Shown here: one piece after another, positions 1 to 9,541 of the stretch
Numbering within the stretch: the stretch's first letter is position 1
How the letters are laid out: each line of letters starts with the position of its first letter
Source of the DNA: a virus
Taxonomy: Duplodnaviria > Caudoviricetes
IMG/VR virus record: IMGVR_UViG_3300049712_000033
Location: 1-27,555 of that record
Length of the DNA: 27,555 nucleotides
Direction: 5' to 3' (one strand)
Notes under the pieces: model-generated
What the model saw: the letters and a program-made list of their open reading frames with translations, nothing else
Database searches by the model: none
Told to the model about the DNA's origin: nothing
Program-made: the position numbers and the translations under genes

Positions 1-1
1 C

Positions 2-730
2 TGCTGGGGGGATAGGGGTTGGGTCTGTAGGTGGGGTTGGGGTAGGTGAAGGAGTTTGGTCTGGTAGGCCGTTTGTGCTCTTATCTATAAAAGCACCGCT
101 CCAGAAATAACCGCCTGAGTATTGCCCGACATACCATATATTATTACCAGCTACACTCTCACCTCTAACATATGCTTTGAAGCTAAAAGGTTCTGTATCA
201 TAAGGCCAGTCTTTAATTATCTGAGCGGTTGTATTTGGTTCTGCCCGTTGGTTCACACCCGACTGATTCTCTAGGACGCGTTGGTTAGACTCTGGTTTAG
301 TAGGTTCAGCTGGAGGTGTAGGAGTCACGGCATACAACCAGTCGGCTGGGTTGAAGTTATTTGCAAGAGCATATGGGGTTCTTCGGGTTTCCCAGTGAAG
401 ATGAGCCCCTGTAGATAGACCCGTATTGTCACTGTCTGCAACATGTTGCCCCTCCGTTACTCTACCGCCAGAAACATGCCAACGAGCCAGGTGGTATAGA
501 TTATGTTCTACGCCATCATCACCTTGTATTTTCATGAAGAATCCACGGCCATCAGCGGCTGCTCGGCCATCACCTACTTGTTTAATTGTCCCGTTCGTTG
601 GGGATAAAACAGCAGTATTATTAGGAACTCCATAGTCAACTCCTGTGTGATAGCCTAGGCTATACATTGTACTCCGCTCACCCCATACTTGAGTAATACT
701 CGGGGTTCCTGTTAAAGGTCTAATTGGCAT
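2..730 (-). CDS. Endolysin: M23 metallopeptidase + SH3-like cell-wall-binding domain + Pro/Thr linkers (3'-truncated by window edge; not in ORF track)
   Basis: Manual translation from ATG at 730 (RBS AAGGAG): MPIRPLTGTPSITQVWG...YHTGVDYG...LYHL...NTGLSTGAHLHWE contains the M23 HxxxD and HxH zinc motifs. A Pro-rich linker follows, then VRGESVAGNNIWYVGQYSGGYFWSGAF, then a second PTPTPP linker. The frame is open to the window edge. Confidence 0.9.
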   Translation of the reverse strand, partial: MPIRPLTGTPSITQVWGERSTMYSLGYHTGVDYGVPNNTAVLSPTNGTIKQVGDGRAAADGRGFFMKIQGDDGVEHNLYHLARWHVSGGRVTEGQHVADSDNTGLSTGAHLHWETRRTPYALANNFNPADWLYAVTPTPPAEPTKPESNQRVLENQSGVNQRAEPNTTAQIIKDWPYDTEPFSFKAYVRGESVAGNNIWYVGQYSGGYFWSGAFIDKSTNGLPDQTPSPTPTPPTDPTPIPPA

Positions 731-881
731 TTTCTATCTCCTTATTAACTATTACTAAAAGATATGTATTTTTGCTCACAGACCTGCTTAACGCTACGGT
801 AGATAATATAAGAATGCAAAAGAATATAGTCAAAGAAATTAAGAAACTGAAACTAGAAGTGAGGGCGGTTAAAAAACTCAT
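720..881 (-). CDS. Small membrane protein, 53 aa, holin candidate (not in ORF track)
   Basis: MSFLTALTSSFSFLISLTIFFCILIYSTVALSRSVSKNTYLLVIVNKEIENAN. ATGA overlap with the upstream stop; its 3' end overlaps the endolysin start; one hydrophobic segment. Confidence 0.55.
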   Translation of the reverse strand: MSFLTALTSSFSFLISLTIFFCILILSTVALSRSVSKNTYLLVIVNKEIENAN

Positions 882-1147
882 CTAGCTCCCTTGTCGTATC
901 GCTTTATCTCTACTCCCGTGTCTTTCTGTACTTGCTCCCAGCACCGTTCAATCTGGTCTTGTGACCTGTCTTTGGCATTTATAGATACAATACAGGCCAC
1001 TCCTCGGTCATATGTCTGATTTTCGCGTGAAATACGTCGGTTGGTATGGATTCCCGCATATACTAGAAAAAAACCGATAATAACCCCAATCAGAGGGACA
1101 ATACTCCATCTATTGAACATTGGGCGTGACTGTTGCTTTGTTTTCAT
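878..1147 (-). CDS. Small N-anchored membrane protein in lysis cassette (start may be internal MFNRW)
   Basis: TM segment WSIVPLIGVIIGFFLVYAGI, then a soluble tail with two Cys; lies between tail fibre and endolysin. Confidence 0.7.
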   Translation of the reverse strand: MKTKQQSRPMFNRWSIVPLIGVIIGFFLVYAGIHTNRRISRENQTYDRGVACIVSINAKDRSQDQIERCWEQVQKDTGVEIKRYDKGAR

Positions 1148-1580
1148 TGTTATATACCTCTAGCACGATACTATCGAAGCTATATGTTTCTTCGTGCAAC
1201 GGGTTTACCTGATACACAATAGTTAAATGGATTTTATACTGTCCGTCAGGCGTGGAGGCTGGGACACTTATAGGCAATACTCTGTTATGGCAGCCAACAG
1301 GGAACTGCCTGGTAGTTGAAAGGGATGGGATAACGGCATCACCGATAAAGTCTATGGTGATATGCGAATCCGCGTTCTTATACTTGCAGTAGTTGAGTTT
1401 TAGGTTTACTACAGCGCCAGCTTCAACTCTGGTGGGAGAAACAGGAAGTGGCTCCTTCACATCCAGAATTTTAGCGGGGGCTAAAAGGAGATAAGAAATA
1501 TACAAGAGTAAAAAAATAGCAGTAGCAATCACACTGAAGGCTATATAAGTTATTGTTTTGCGTCTGGTTATTGTTTTCAT
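1110..1580 (-). CDS. Membrane-anchored protein with Ig-like beta-sandwich ectodomain
   Basis: Basic N-terminus, TM helix, then a beta-rich domain (VEAGAVVNLKLNYCK...FPVGCH...VPASTPDGQYKIHLTIVY) with a Cys pair; ATGA overlap with the upstream gene. Confidence 0.75.
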   Translation of the reverse strand: MKTITRRKTITYIAFSVIATAIFLLLYISYLLLAPAKILDVKEPLPVSPTRVEAGAVVNLKLNYCKYKNADSHITIDFIGDAVIPSLSTTRQFPVGCHNRVLPISVPASTPDGQYKIHLTIVYQVNPLHEETYSFDSIVLEVYNNENKATVTPNVQ

Positions 1581-1786
1581 TGTATGACTATTAACCCCAT
1601 AAGTGCGCCTACAACAGCTACCAGTATAAGACCGACCAAACCATACACGATTTTCTTAACTGGCTCAAACTGGTCTTTTGTGACATAACCTGATGATAAG
1701 TTGGCTTTTATCTCTTTTACATCATCTCGTATATAAGACAAATCGTTGCTGATTATTCGGAGGTCGGTATCTTTTTTTGTTGCCAT
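1577..1786 (-). CDS. Holin-like small protein (coiled coil + C-terminal TM)
   Basis: DLSYIRDDVKEIK...YVTKDQFEPVKKIVYGLVGLILVAVVGALMGLIV; typical of the first gene of a phage lysis cassette. Confidence 0.7.
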   Translation of the reverse strand: MATKKDTDLRIISNDLSYIRDDVKEIKANLSSGYVTKDQFEPVKKIVYGLVGLILVAVVGALMGLIVIQ

Positions 1787-1798
1787 ATCTTTTTTCTC

Positions 1799-3553
1799 TT
1801 AGAGGTAGGCACACTCGGCAAATATTAAGTTTGTAGTGTTGTCGCCCCTCAAATATAGAGTTCCTCCTGCGGAAGCTGTCTTTACATTTAGATAGTGTTG
1901 AGTTGCAGTAGAAAGCTCTGTTTCTTTGAATCGTGTAGACCCACCACCAGCAAAGCTATTGATATTACTAGCTGATAATCCAGCTTCACCATGTATGCTA
2001 ATTTCTACATCAGTCTCACTAGAAGCAGATGTTGCCAGAGTTACGAAGTATGTAACAGTTGAACCAGACGAGTTGACTTGGACATCAGCTTGATAGCCAT
2101 ATATCCAAGAACCAACAGGAACATTTAGCTGAAAACTACCAAGGTTATACCAAGTGCCTGAAACAGCTACTTGAGAAGCTTGAATTCGTTGGATTGATTT
2201 AATTATCCACTTACCTCTTTGTGCAGGAAACCCATACGGCACTTTCTGAGTAGAGTAAGACACCGCTGAAACCCCGCCTGAAGTTGGGATAGCCCCCCCT
2301 TCTGGTACTTGCACAATAAGAGTTGTATCGGCGGAAAAACTGGAGGAAGTGATTATTGCATATTCCGTTGTCCCTGCTGTTATCCCAGAAGCTAAATCTG
2401 AGCGAGAAGCAAATGGAGAATCTGTAGCTGTAGCTGCTGCGCTATTGTTGGGCGTTAGGTTATTAGCGTTCCCTGTATTCAAGTCATTTATAGAATTATT
2501 GAAAGAGTAAGCAGATATTAAGTTGGTTTCTGTGCCGACTAGCCCCTGTGATACTGTAGCTCTGACATTTGCTTGCGTAACTTTAGCTGAGTAGATAGCT
2601 ACTTGGGCTAGCTTGCCGTCAAAAGGATTAGCACCGCCGTTTGTGCCGCCAATTTCTAAGTTCCCAGCCTGTATAAGTGCGGTTGGGTTTGTGCCACCCC
2701 TAGAGACAGACGAAGGAACATCAACTCCATCAATCATCACATAAGAAGTGGTTGTAGTAGCCGTGAAAGCAGACATATCGAGCTGCGCTGCTATGTGTAC
2801 CCATTTACCCACAGGTATTGACTGATAGGATACCACTCGGGAAAAGTTAGCTGCACCTGCATTGTTGCCTGCTAGTTCTACTTGACCACTTGAGTTTATA
2901 TAGAAGTTCCAGCCACTCGTTGCGTTGTATCTGGTAGCGATACTTTGTGTTGCTCCTGTATAACTCTCCAATTTCACCCACGCACTTACTACAAAGTCAT
3001 CAGTAAAGGTCATGCCTGCTGGCGTAGTCTTTGAATAATACTGAGAAGATGAGGACTCTAGGTCAGTACATTGGATTGGTGCTGTTACAGTTCGGGTAGC
3101 TTTAAGCCGCATACCAGGTGATAGAGTGCCTGTGTAGTTTTGCCCGCTGAAGACCATTGTATAACTTCGGTTTCCGTTATAGGTAACTGTAGAGGGGTTT
3201 CCGCCTACTGAGGTGTAGCCTGTAGGTGTTGTGGTAAAGAGCGTACGAAGTGAGTTAAACCAGTCGGCTATCGGTGCCATGATTACTGTCGTACCTGTAG
3301 AGTGGGAGGTAGCAGTCGTGTTGTCGTAAGCTCTACCGTTAGCTGGACAGGTTACTTTCGTGGCTGTCTTAGAACTGTAGTAGATAATCTCTCGGTTAGT
3401 ATCTGATTCTGGGTCAATTACAAGCGTACCTTCTGAAAAGTTCGGTACAGTGTCTAGAAAAATATCTAAATCACCCGCTCCTATATCAGCTGTGAGTTGT
3501 GCTTGGTAAAAGTTCTGTGGTTCAAAGTTGTTTGTTAGCAGCTCGGTAGCCAT
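1799..3553 (-). CDS. Tail fibre/receptor-binding protein with LamG (concanavalin A-like) domain
   Basis: N-terminal attachment region (EIIYYSSKT...RAYDNTTATSH), central LamG-type motifs (FVVSAWVK, GKWVHIA, FDGKLAQVAIY), C-terminal beta-sandwich; position after the ejection genes. Confidence 0.8.
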   Translation of the reverse strand: MATELLTNNFEPQNFYQAQLTADIGAGDLDIFLDTVPNFSEGTLVIDPESDTNREIIYYSSKTATKVTCPANGRAYDNTTATSHSTGTTVIMAPIADWFNSLRTLFTTTPTGYTSVGGNPSTVTYNGNRSYTMVFSGQNYTGTLSPGMRLKATRTVTAPIQCTDLESSSSQYYSKTTPAGMTFTDDFVVSAWVKLESYTGATQSIATRYNATSGWNFYINSSGQVELAGNNAGAANFSRVVSYQSIPVGKWVHIAAQLDMSAFTATTTTSYVMIDGVDVPSSVSRGGTNPTALIQAGNLEIGGTNGGANPFDGKLAQVAIYSAKVTQANVRATVSQGLVGTETNLISAYSFNNSINDLNTGNANNLTPNNSAAATATDSPFASRSDLASGITAGTTEYAIITSSSFSADTTLIVQVPEGGAIPTSGGVSAVSYSTQKVPYGFPAQRGKWIIKSIQRIQASQVAVSGTWYNLGSFQLNVPVGSWIYGYQADVQVNSSGSTVTYFVTLATSASSETDVEISIHGEAGLSASNINSFAGGGSTRFKETELSTATQHYLNVKTASAGGTLYLRGDNTTNLIFAECAYL

Positions 3554-3566
3554 TAGTGTCTCCTAT

Positions 3567-6500
3567 CTATGATTTTAACTGTATTCTTTTAGTTTTACTA
3601 GGACGTTTTGGGATAGCTATTTTAAGCTTTAAGTTCCGTGGTCGGGCATCTATTTCAGGTTGTTTAATATTGCGGGCTTGAAGGGCTGGTAATAGTTCGG
3701 CTAAGTAGGCTCTTTGGCCTTCAGGGTCTTTCAGGTTGTACCCCTTTCCACCGTTACCATTACTCGCAATTTTATCAATAGTCTTTTGGTCAAAGTCTAT
3801 TCCTTCGTACACAGCTAGTGAGCCTTCTTCTGCTGCGTTCCAGAGCGCTACCTTGTCAAAATAGTTTCCTATCTGCGACCATTCATTCGGATGAGATTTA
3901 ATCCAATTAGAACGTGTTGGGCTACTAGGAGTACCATCACGCTTTGGCGGGCCTTCACCTTTAGGGAGAGAATTGTAACCGTCTAATAGTTTCTGTAGTT
4001 CTGGAGCAGCTTTAGGATATTCGTCAAACTGAGGCAAGCCTAAGAAGTCCCTCTTCGCTCTTTGATAATCGGTCTGTTCCTGGAAAAAATCAGCTACGTC
4101 CTGGTTGCTTCTGATGAACTCACCTCTTTGCTTACTATCTTTAAGAGCATTAAGCTGAGCTAGCTTCTGCTCAACTTGACCCGTAGGCTTAGGAATATTC
4201 AATCCTTTAGGGTCTACTCCTTGCTTGGCTTGGTCTTCTGGAGAGAGAGTGGACTTAATTTGGTCGTAGAAAGCAGACCGTTTTTCATTAAAATCTTTTA
4301 TCCATGGGTTAAGTCTCTGTATGGCTTTCTCTTCTTTATTACCTGGGCTGTAATTAGCTTGGAGATTAAGGATGATTTTCTGCTGTTGTGGGTCAAGGTC
4401 GAAGAACGGGTCGCCTGGTTTACCGTCTGCGAGGTTGCGGGCGTTCATTCGCTTACTGATTTCAAGTAGCTTGGGATTCTCTAATAAGGCGATAGCTTTC
4501 TGAGCTGAGTCATAGTACGACTTGTCGGTTACTGTCTCGCCTTGGGCGTTCTTCCTGCTAACTACTACATCAGCATAAAGAGTTTTCTTCTCGTTCTTAC
4601 TAAGGCCAAGGTCTTTTACATCATCTTCAAGCTTGCGGTAGAACTCTCCGCCAGCACTTTCTCCTTTAGCTCCCACGAAACGGTTTTTCAAATCTGAGGC
4701 GACAGTTCCTAATGGGTTTCCATCTGCGATAGCCTTACCAGGTAAGCCAAAGCTTCTTAGTAAGTACTCTTTGGTAGCTGCGTTGTTTTCAGAATCAGGA
4801 TTATCTGGGTCACGGAACTGGTAACCTGTGCGAGGGTCTACCCCAGTAGCAGCTCCGTAAACTACATTAGCTAGCGGGTTACTTAATGTACGGGCTCCAC
4901 CAGTAGTAAAGTCCAGCATAGCTAAGGCGTAATCTTTTATGGGCACTCCATTATCCTCAGTCATACCACTCCAGATAGCGTGGTTCATGGCTCGAAGCTC
5001 AGGTGCGATAGGAATTTTAACGATACCTTCCCATTGTCCCGTCTTCTCGTTTTTATGAGCTCCTGGTAGTGCGATAATAATATTATTGTCTAATATGTAT
5101 TTACGCCCTGATTCCTTCATATCCTTATAAAACTCTTCATTGCTATTAAGGCTGTAGGCAGTTCCAGCTATTAAACCTGAGGCTGCTAAAGATAAGCGTC
5201 CACCTACACCGACGGGGTCTCTCTTAAGTGCGGTGAAGAGAGCTCTTGTACCAGCTTGTGAAGCACCGCCATACATCAAGACTGCATCAGCCTGACGTAC
5301 TACATTACTGACGCGTCCAAAATTAGGAAGGACGTTATTGTAGGCATAAACCGCGTCGTCCATAGCTTGTGCTGCTGTACCCCCTTTATTAATTCGAGCA
5401 TCATAAGCTGCTTTGGCGATTCCCGTACGGGATGACTGGTCAAGGCGGGCACCAATAACATCTAGCTCTCTCCAAAGCTGAACAGGGTTTCTTGCGTAGT
5501 TTTTTAACTTATCAAGTGCCCCACGTTCAGCAGCTAAAGCATCGGCTGAGGAATTACGGGCTGAAGTCTGAAGTGACCCCGTAAATCTCTGAGCTCCTCG
5601 GGAATACAAAGCGTTCTGGAAATCAGTATTCCTGAATATACCTTCCAAAGATTCTTTGACAGCACTGGGGGTGAATACTTTAAGCCCCTGCGGAGATAGG
5701 ATAGGAGACATGATTGAGTTGAACACTGAGTTTACGATTGCGAATGGAGGATTAAGTACACCTGTTAAACCAGTACGGATAGGCTCAGTAGCGGCCTTAA
5801 AACCTTTAAGGATTCCATTCAACTGTGGTGCGTCTAACCCCTGTAAGAATCGGGCATGTTCAGGCTGTACTTCAATACGGAACTTATTACCCTCCCTTAT
5901 ACCAGAAATAACCTGAAGCCCTGTAGTTGGGTCTGGAGCGATAGATATTTGCTCATTCCTAAGACCACGCTTAGTATCCTTGATTTCATTCAAAGCGTTA
6001 CGCTGTTTTTCTAGGTTATAAGCAAGTTTCTCATAGGCTCCACCTTTATTAATAAGGTTCTTTCTGACTCTCTCAACACTGGTTGCTTTGTTATCTATAA
6101 GACTGGAGAACATATCAACTAGTTCTCTTCGATTCAGAGTATCAATCGCTGCGGCTGCATCGGGGTCTACGGCTTCTTTGAGGAGCTGCTTAGCTCTGGT
6201 GGCTGCTGCATCTTCAGCACGCTTTTTGTCTTTACCTGCTATACGGAGGTTGGTAGCTGTTCGGCCTTTAGTAACTTTAAGTTTTCCTTCATCTTTTCGG
6301 AGGTCTTGTAAAGTTGCTTGGATGTCTTTACGGAGTCCCTCATTGGAAGCTGTTTGGGTAAAGCGGGTTCCAGGGACGATTCCTTGCTCAACTCTACGAG
6401 CGAATATATCAGCGACTTTAGCTTGGGATAGTTGACGGAATACGGTATCGGAGTAATCTGTTAGAGCGTCGAAGGTTGGGTCAAGCGGTATCTTTCCGCC

Positions 6501-8537
6501 CTTGAAGTCCTGAAGTACTCTTTGCTGTCCGATGCTACCTACTGAACTACCGCCAATCTGAGCTCGCTCTACTTCATCAGGGAGGGCTCTCTGTATAGGA
6601 GTATAGAATTGGAACTCTGTCCCGTCTTTCTTAGTTCGTGCTGCTGCTAGGTCTGCCTGGCTAATTATTCCTGGGCCATTATCGAGTCCGTTCAGAGACA
6701 TTTCCTGAAGGTCACGGATTGAAGAAGAAAGCTTCAATAAGTCTCCACGGGCTTCTGGGTTCCTAGCTTCGTAGTTTTTAATAAAGTTAATTATCACTTC
6801 ATCAGGAATAATCTGCCCTGTGTTGGGGTCAGTGAGGATAGGTGGTCTTCCATCTGCCCTTTGCTCTATGTCACGCATAAACAATCGGTAGACGTTGAAG
6901 TTCTGAGAATCTTCGCCTTTGTTCTGGTATTTCTTTATTACCTCACTTATGGGACTATTTCTTAGATATTCATCAGAACGCTGCCTGCTTAGTCGAGCTT
7001 GCTCAGCTGTAGCTTCTACACTTTCACTTTTAGGTAAGTCTCTGTGGGGGACACCCTGAGCCTTCGCAGCTGCTGCGTCTATACGAGCGCCTTCAACATA
7101 TGGGTTCCAGGCTTCCTGTGCTTTCTGAGCTACTGAAGGTTTCTCGTAGCGTGCCCTGCTGGCTTCTGCTGCTTGAGCGAGGTCTGCTGCAATATTAGGA
7201 TTTCCCGACTGTGCCGTTCCTGTAACTGAAGCGTCGGTACCTTGTGTTTGCTGTACTACTTCAGCGGCTTGCTGCTGTGGTGTAGCGATTTCACCTTGAG
7301 GCGTAACGTCTTCTGCTGTTTTCTGGACTTTCTTAACTTCTTCCACAGCGTCTATTTGCTGTTTTATATCTGGTTGCTCTAATAACTGAGCTACTGATTT
7401 CTTATCGGCATCGGTAGCATTAGGAATTATAGAAGCCACAAAAGCTTCAGTTGTTTTAGGCGAGGTAGACCCAGGAACTTCCGCTACTGTCGCCTTAGGC
7501 TGGGGTAAGTCATCCGCTAGCTTTGGCCTAGTAGGATAAATTTCTTTTACATCTATTGGGTTAGGCGGTTTAATAGGATTATTCGGAGTGATGAGCTCTG
7601 CGGTTTCACGAATTACTCTCTCAACCTCACCTGGTGTTTTTTGGTCAGCGACATATCTAGTTACCATTGCGATAATATCATCATCAGCTTCAGGGATAAG
7701 TCGCCGCACTTCTGCTTCTACTAAAGCGGGGTTGGTTTCTTTGGCCAGCTTATTTACCACTTCCTTGCTGACAAATGGCTTAATCTCGGTAGAGACTTTT
7801 TTGCCAGTTTTACCGACTGCCTCACCTACACGCTGAGGGATTCTTAACTTGCTAACTAATTTTTCTCCACCAGCACCAAGACCTGCACCAAGGACCGAGC
7901 CGATAGCTGCATTCTTAGCGATATTAGATATACCACGCTCCCCCTGGGCAATAGGGTCAGCCACACCATAGCCTGCACCAATACCAGCACCAACTACAGC
8001 AGCGTTCTTGACCCCTGATTGGAGAATGGTGGGAGCTTTACCGAGTGTACCTATATCTAGGATTGTCCTAGCACCTCTTGCAATTGTAGTTGTGGGATTG
8101 GTCACATCCGCTAAGTTTTTAGCCTGGGCACCTATATCTTGGCTAAACTCTGAGTTTTCCCGTGAGGCTTTCGCAAACTGGTCTTTAGATAACTTGCCCT
8201 GCTTATAGAGTTGGTTAAAGATGTTCTGGTTCTGATTGGCTACTTCTATACCACGACGCTGCTGTTCAAGTAACTGCCCCCCAAACATAGGGGTTAGAAT
8301 ACTCTCAGTCGTTCGTTGGGCTGCTCGTACAGGGTCTAAAGCTATATTCTTTAAGAGACCTCCCAATTTATTCTGGAGAGACATTTTCTTCTTGCTTTGT
8401 TCGTACGCAGCTTGACGTACAATATTTTCTTGTCTTTCCTGGGGCGTGTAGAGCTTACCCTCGGCTTCTACTTTTAAGCCTGGGCTATTCTGGAGGAACT
8501 GGGAGATTGCTCTCCTGCGTCGTTCGTACTCGTCCAC
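3567..8537 (-). CDS. Large internal virion/DNA ejection protein (1656 aa) with LPD38-like region
   Basis: GTG start; Gly-zipper GAGIGAGYG segments, long helical regions, motif VKIPIAPEL resembling LPD38; typical podovirus ejection-protein position. Confidence 0.7.
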   Translation of the reverse strand: MDEYERRRRAISQFLQNSPGLKVEAEGKLYTPQERQENIVRQAAYEQSKKKMSLQNKLGGLLKNIALDPVRAAQRTTESILTPMFGGQLLEQQRRGIEVANQNQNIFNQLYKQGKLSKDQFAKASRENSEFSQDIGAQAKNLADVTNPTTTIARGARTILDIGTLGKAPTILQSGVKNAAVVGAGIGAGYGVADPIAQGERGISNIAKNAAIGSVLGAGLGAGGEKLVSKLRIPQRVGEAVGKTGKKVSTEIKPFVSKEVVNKLAKETNPALVEAEVRRLIPEADDDIIAMVTRYVADQKTPGEVERVIRETAELITPNNPIKPPNPIDVKEIYPTRPKLADDLPQPKATVAEVPGSTSPKTTEAFVASIIPNATDADKKSVAQLLEQPDIKQQIDAVEEVKKVQKTAEDVTPQGEIATPQQQAAEVVQQTQGTDASVTGTAQSGNPNIAADLAQAAEASRARYEKPSVAQKAQEAWNPYVEGARIDAAAAKAQGVPHRDLPKSESVEATAEQARLSRQRSDEYLRNSPISEVIKKYQNKGEDSQNFNVYRLFMRDIEQRADGRPPILTDPNTGQIIPDEVIINFIKNYEARNPEARGDLLKLSSSIRDLQEMSLNGLDNGPGIISQADLAAARTKKDGTEFQFYTPIQRALPDEVERAQIGGSSVGSIGQQRVLQDFKGGKIPLDPTFDALTDYSDTVFRQLSQAKVADIFARRVEQGIVPGTRFTQTASNEGLRKDIQATLQDLRKDEGKLKVTKGRTATNLRIAGKDKKRAEDAAATRAKQLLKEAVDPDAAAAIDTLNRRELVDMFSSLIDNKATSVERVRKNLINKGGAYEKLAYNLEKQRNALNEIKDTKRGLRNEQISIAPDPTTGLQVISGIREGNKFRIEVQPEHARFLQGLDAPQLNGILKGFKAATEPIRTGLTGVLNPPFAIVNSVFNSIMSPILSPQGLKVFTPSAVKESLEGIFRNTDFQNALYSRGAQRFTGSLQTSARNSSADALAAERGALDKLKNYARNPVQLWRELDVIGARLDQSSRTGIAKAAYDARINKGGTAAQAMDDAVYAYNNVLPNFGRVSNVVRQADAVLMYGGASQAGTRALFTALKRDPVGVGGRLSLAASGLIAGTAYSLNSNEEFYKDMKESGRKYILDNNIIIALPGAHKNEKTGQWEGIVKIPIAPELRAMNHAIWSGMTEDNGVPIKDYALAMLDFTTGGARTLSNPLANVVYGAATGVDPRTGYQFRDPDNPDSENNAATKEYLLRSFGLPGKAIADGNPLGTVASDLKNRFVGAKGESAGGEFYRKLEDDVKDLGLSKNEKKTLYADVVVSRKNAQGETVTDKSYYDSAQKAIALLENPKLLEISKRMNARNLADGKPGDPFFDLDPQQQKIILNLQANYSPGNKEEKAIQRLNPWIKDFNEKRSAFYDQIKSTLSPEDQAKQGVDPKGLNIPKPTGQVEQKLAQLNALKDSKQRGEFIRSNQDVADFFQEQTDYQRAKRDFLGLPQFDEYPKAAPELQKLLDGYNSLPKGEGPPKRDGTPSSPTRSNWIKSHPNEWSQIGNYFDKVALWNAAEEGSLAVYEGIDFDQKTIDKIASNGNGGKGYNLKDPEGQRAYLAELLPALQARNIKQPEIDARPRNLKLKIAIPKRPSKTKRIQLKS

Positions 8538-8546
8538 GCCGTATCC

Positions 8547-9473
8547 TTACGCTGTTACTTGTTTTTCGTCTTCAGATGCTAATTGGCCCGTGAACTCTTG
8601 TAGAGCCTGCGCTGCTTGTTGCTGGCTCAACCCTGAGTTATTGATTAACTGTTGGCCGATAGCTCGCTTAACAGCCGTAGGAACCTGACTTTGGATAACA
8701 TTACCTAAGTTGCTCTGAAGACCTGACAAGCGGTTAGACTGCGGGACTACAGAGTTAAGAGTATTCAAGTATGAACCCTGAGATTGTAATCCAGCTCGTG
8801 AAGCGGATAGAGTTCGGAGTCTTTCATCTAAGGTATTGCGAAGCGAGGTAAGCTCATCGACGTTATCAGAGCCGCCGATTTGACCTAAGATAGCATCTAA
8901 GCCACCTTTCTGGGCATTGAAGTCTGCCTGCTGCTGTGCGACCCATTGGCCTACGCCTGCAAGGTCTTGGTTGCGGCCTGTGCCTAGCTGACCAACTGAA
9001 TTATCAAATTGGTCTTGAGCTGTCTTTTCAGCGTTAATTCGGTATGAAGAGTCATATGTTCCCCGTGCGCCGTATGCGTTACCGATAGCTGGGAAGCTTG
9101 AGTTGAACTGGTCTGTTAATGATTTCTGTTCTTGCTGGTATTTCTGGTCTACAAGATTGGACTTCTCGGCTGCTGCTGAACCTACGTCACCGTAAAGAGC
9201 GTCATATACACCCTTAATATTGTTTACCAACCCTGTGATACCGCTTTTAACTGCGTTAGCTTGAGCTGCTTTCTGTGCAGCTGCGGCGGCTGCTTGTTGT
9301 GCCGCTACTGTTTGTGCGGATACGGTTCCTGTGTCCGTTCCTCCTCCGCCACCTAATACTGAAAGGTCTACCCCTGGGGTAACACCTATTTGTCCAGCAA
9401 CTGCTTCAGCTGGTATATAGCCACCAACGGCTAATCCGCCTGAAGAAAATGCTGCATTTGGGTCAAAGTTCAT
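8547..9473 (-). CDS. Internal virion/ejection protein (Gln/Ala-rich coiled coil)
   Basis: Q/A-rich helical 308-aa protein containing YGARGTYDSS, immediately after the nozzle gene. Confidence 0.65.
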   Translation of the reverse strand: MNFDPNAAFSSGGLAVGGYIPAEAVAGQIGVTPGVDLSVLGGGGGTDTGTVSAQTVAAQQAAAAAAQKAAQANAVKSGITGLVNNIKGVYDALYGDVGSAAAEKSNLVDQKYQQEQKSLTDQFNSSFPAIGNAYGARGTYDSSYRINAEKTAQDQFDNSVGQLGTGRNQDLAGVGQWVAQQQADFNAQKGGLDAILGQIGGSDNVDELTSLRNTLDERLRTLSASRAGLQSQGSYLNTLNSVVPQSNRLSGLQSNLGNVIQSQVPTAVKRAIGQQLINNSGLSQQQAAQALQEFTGQLASEDEKQVTA

Positions 9474-9541
9474 TACAATATCCTTTTATTACTTGTTTGT
9501 ATCATACTTGCATTTTTCTACATTTTATCATCATTATAAAC

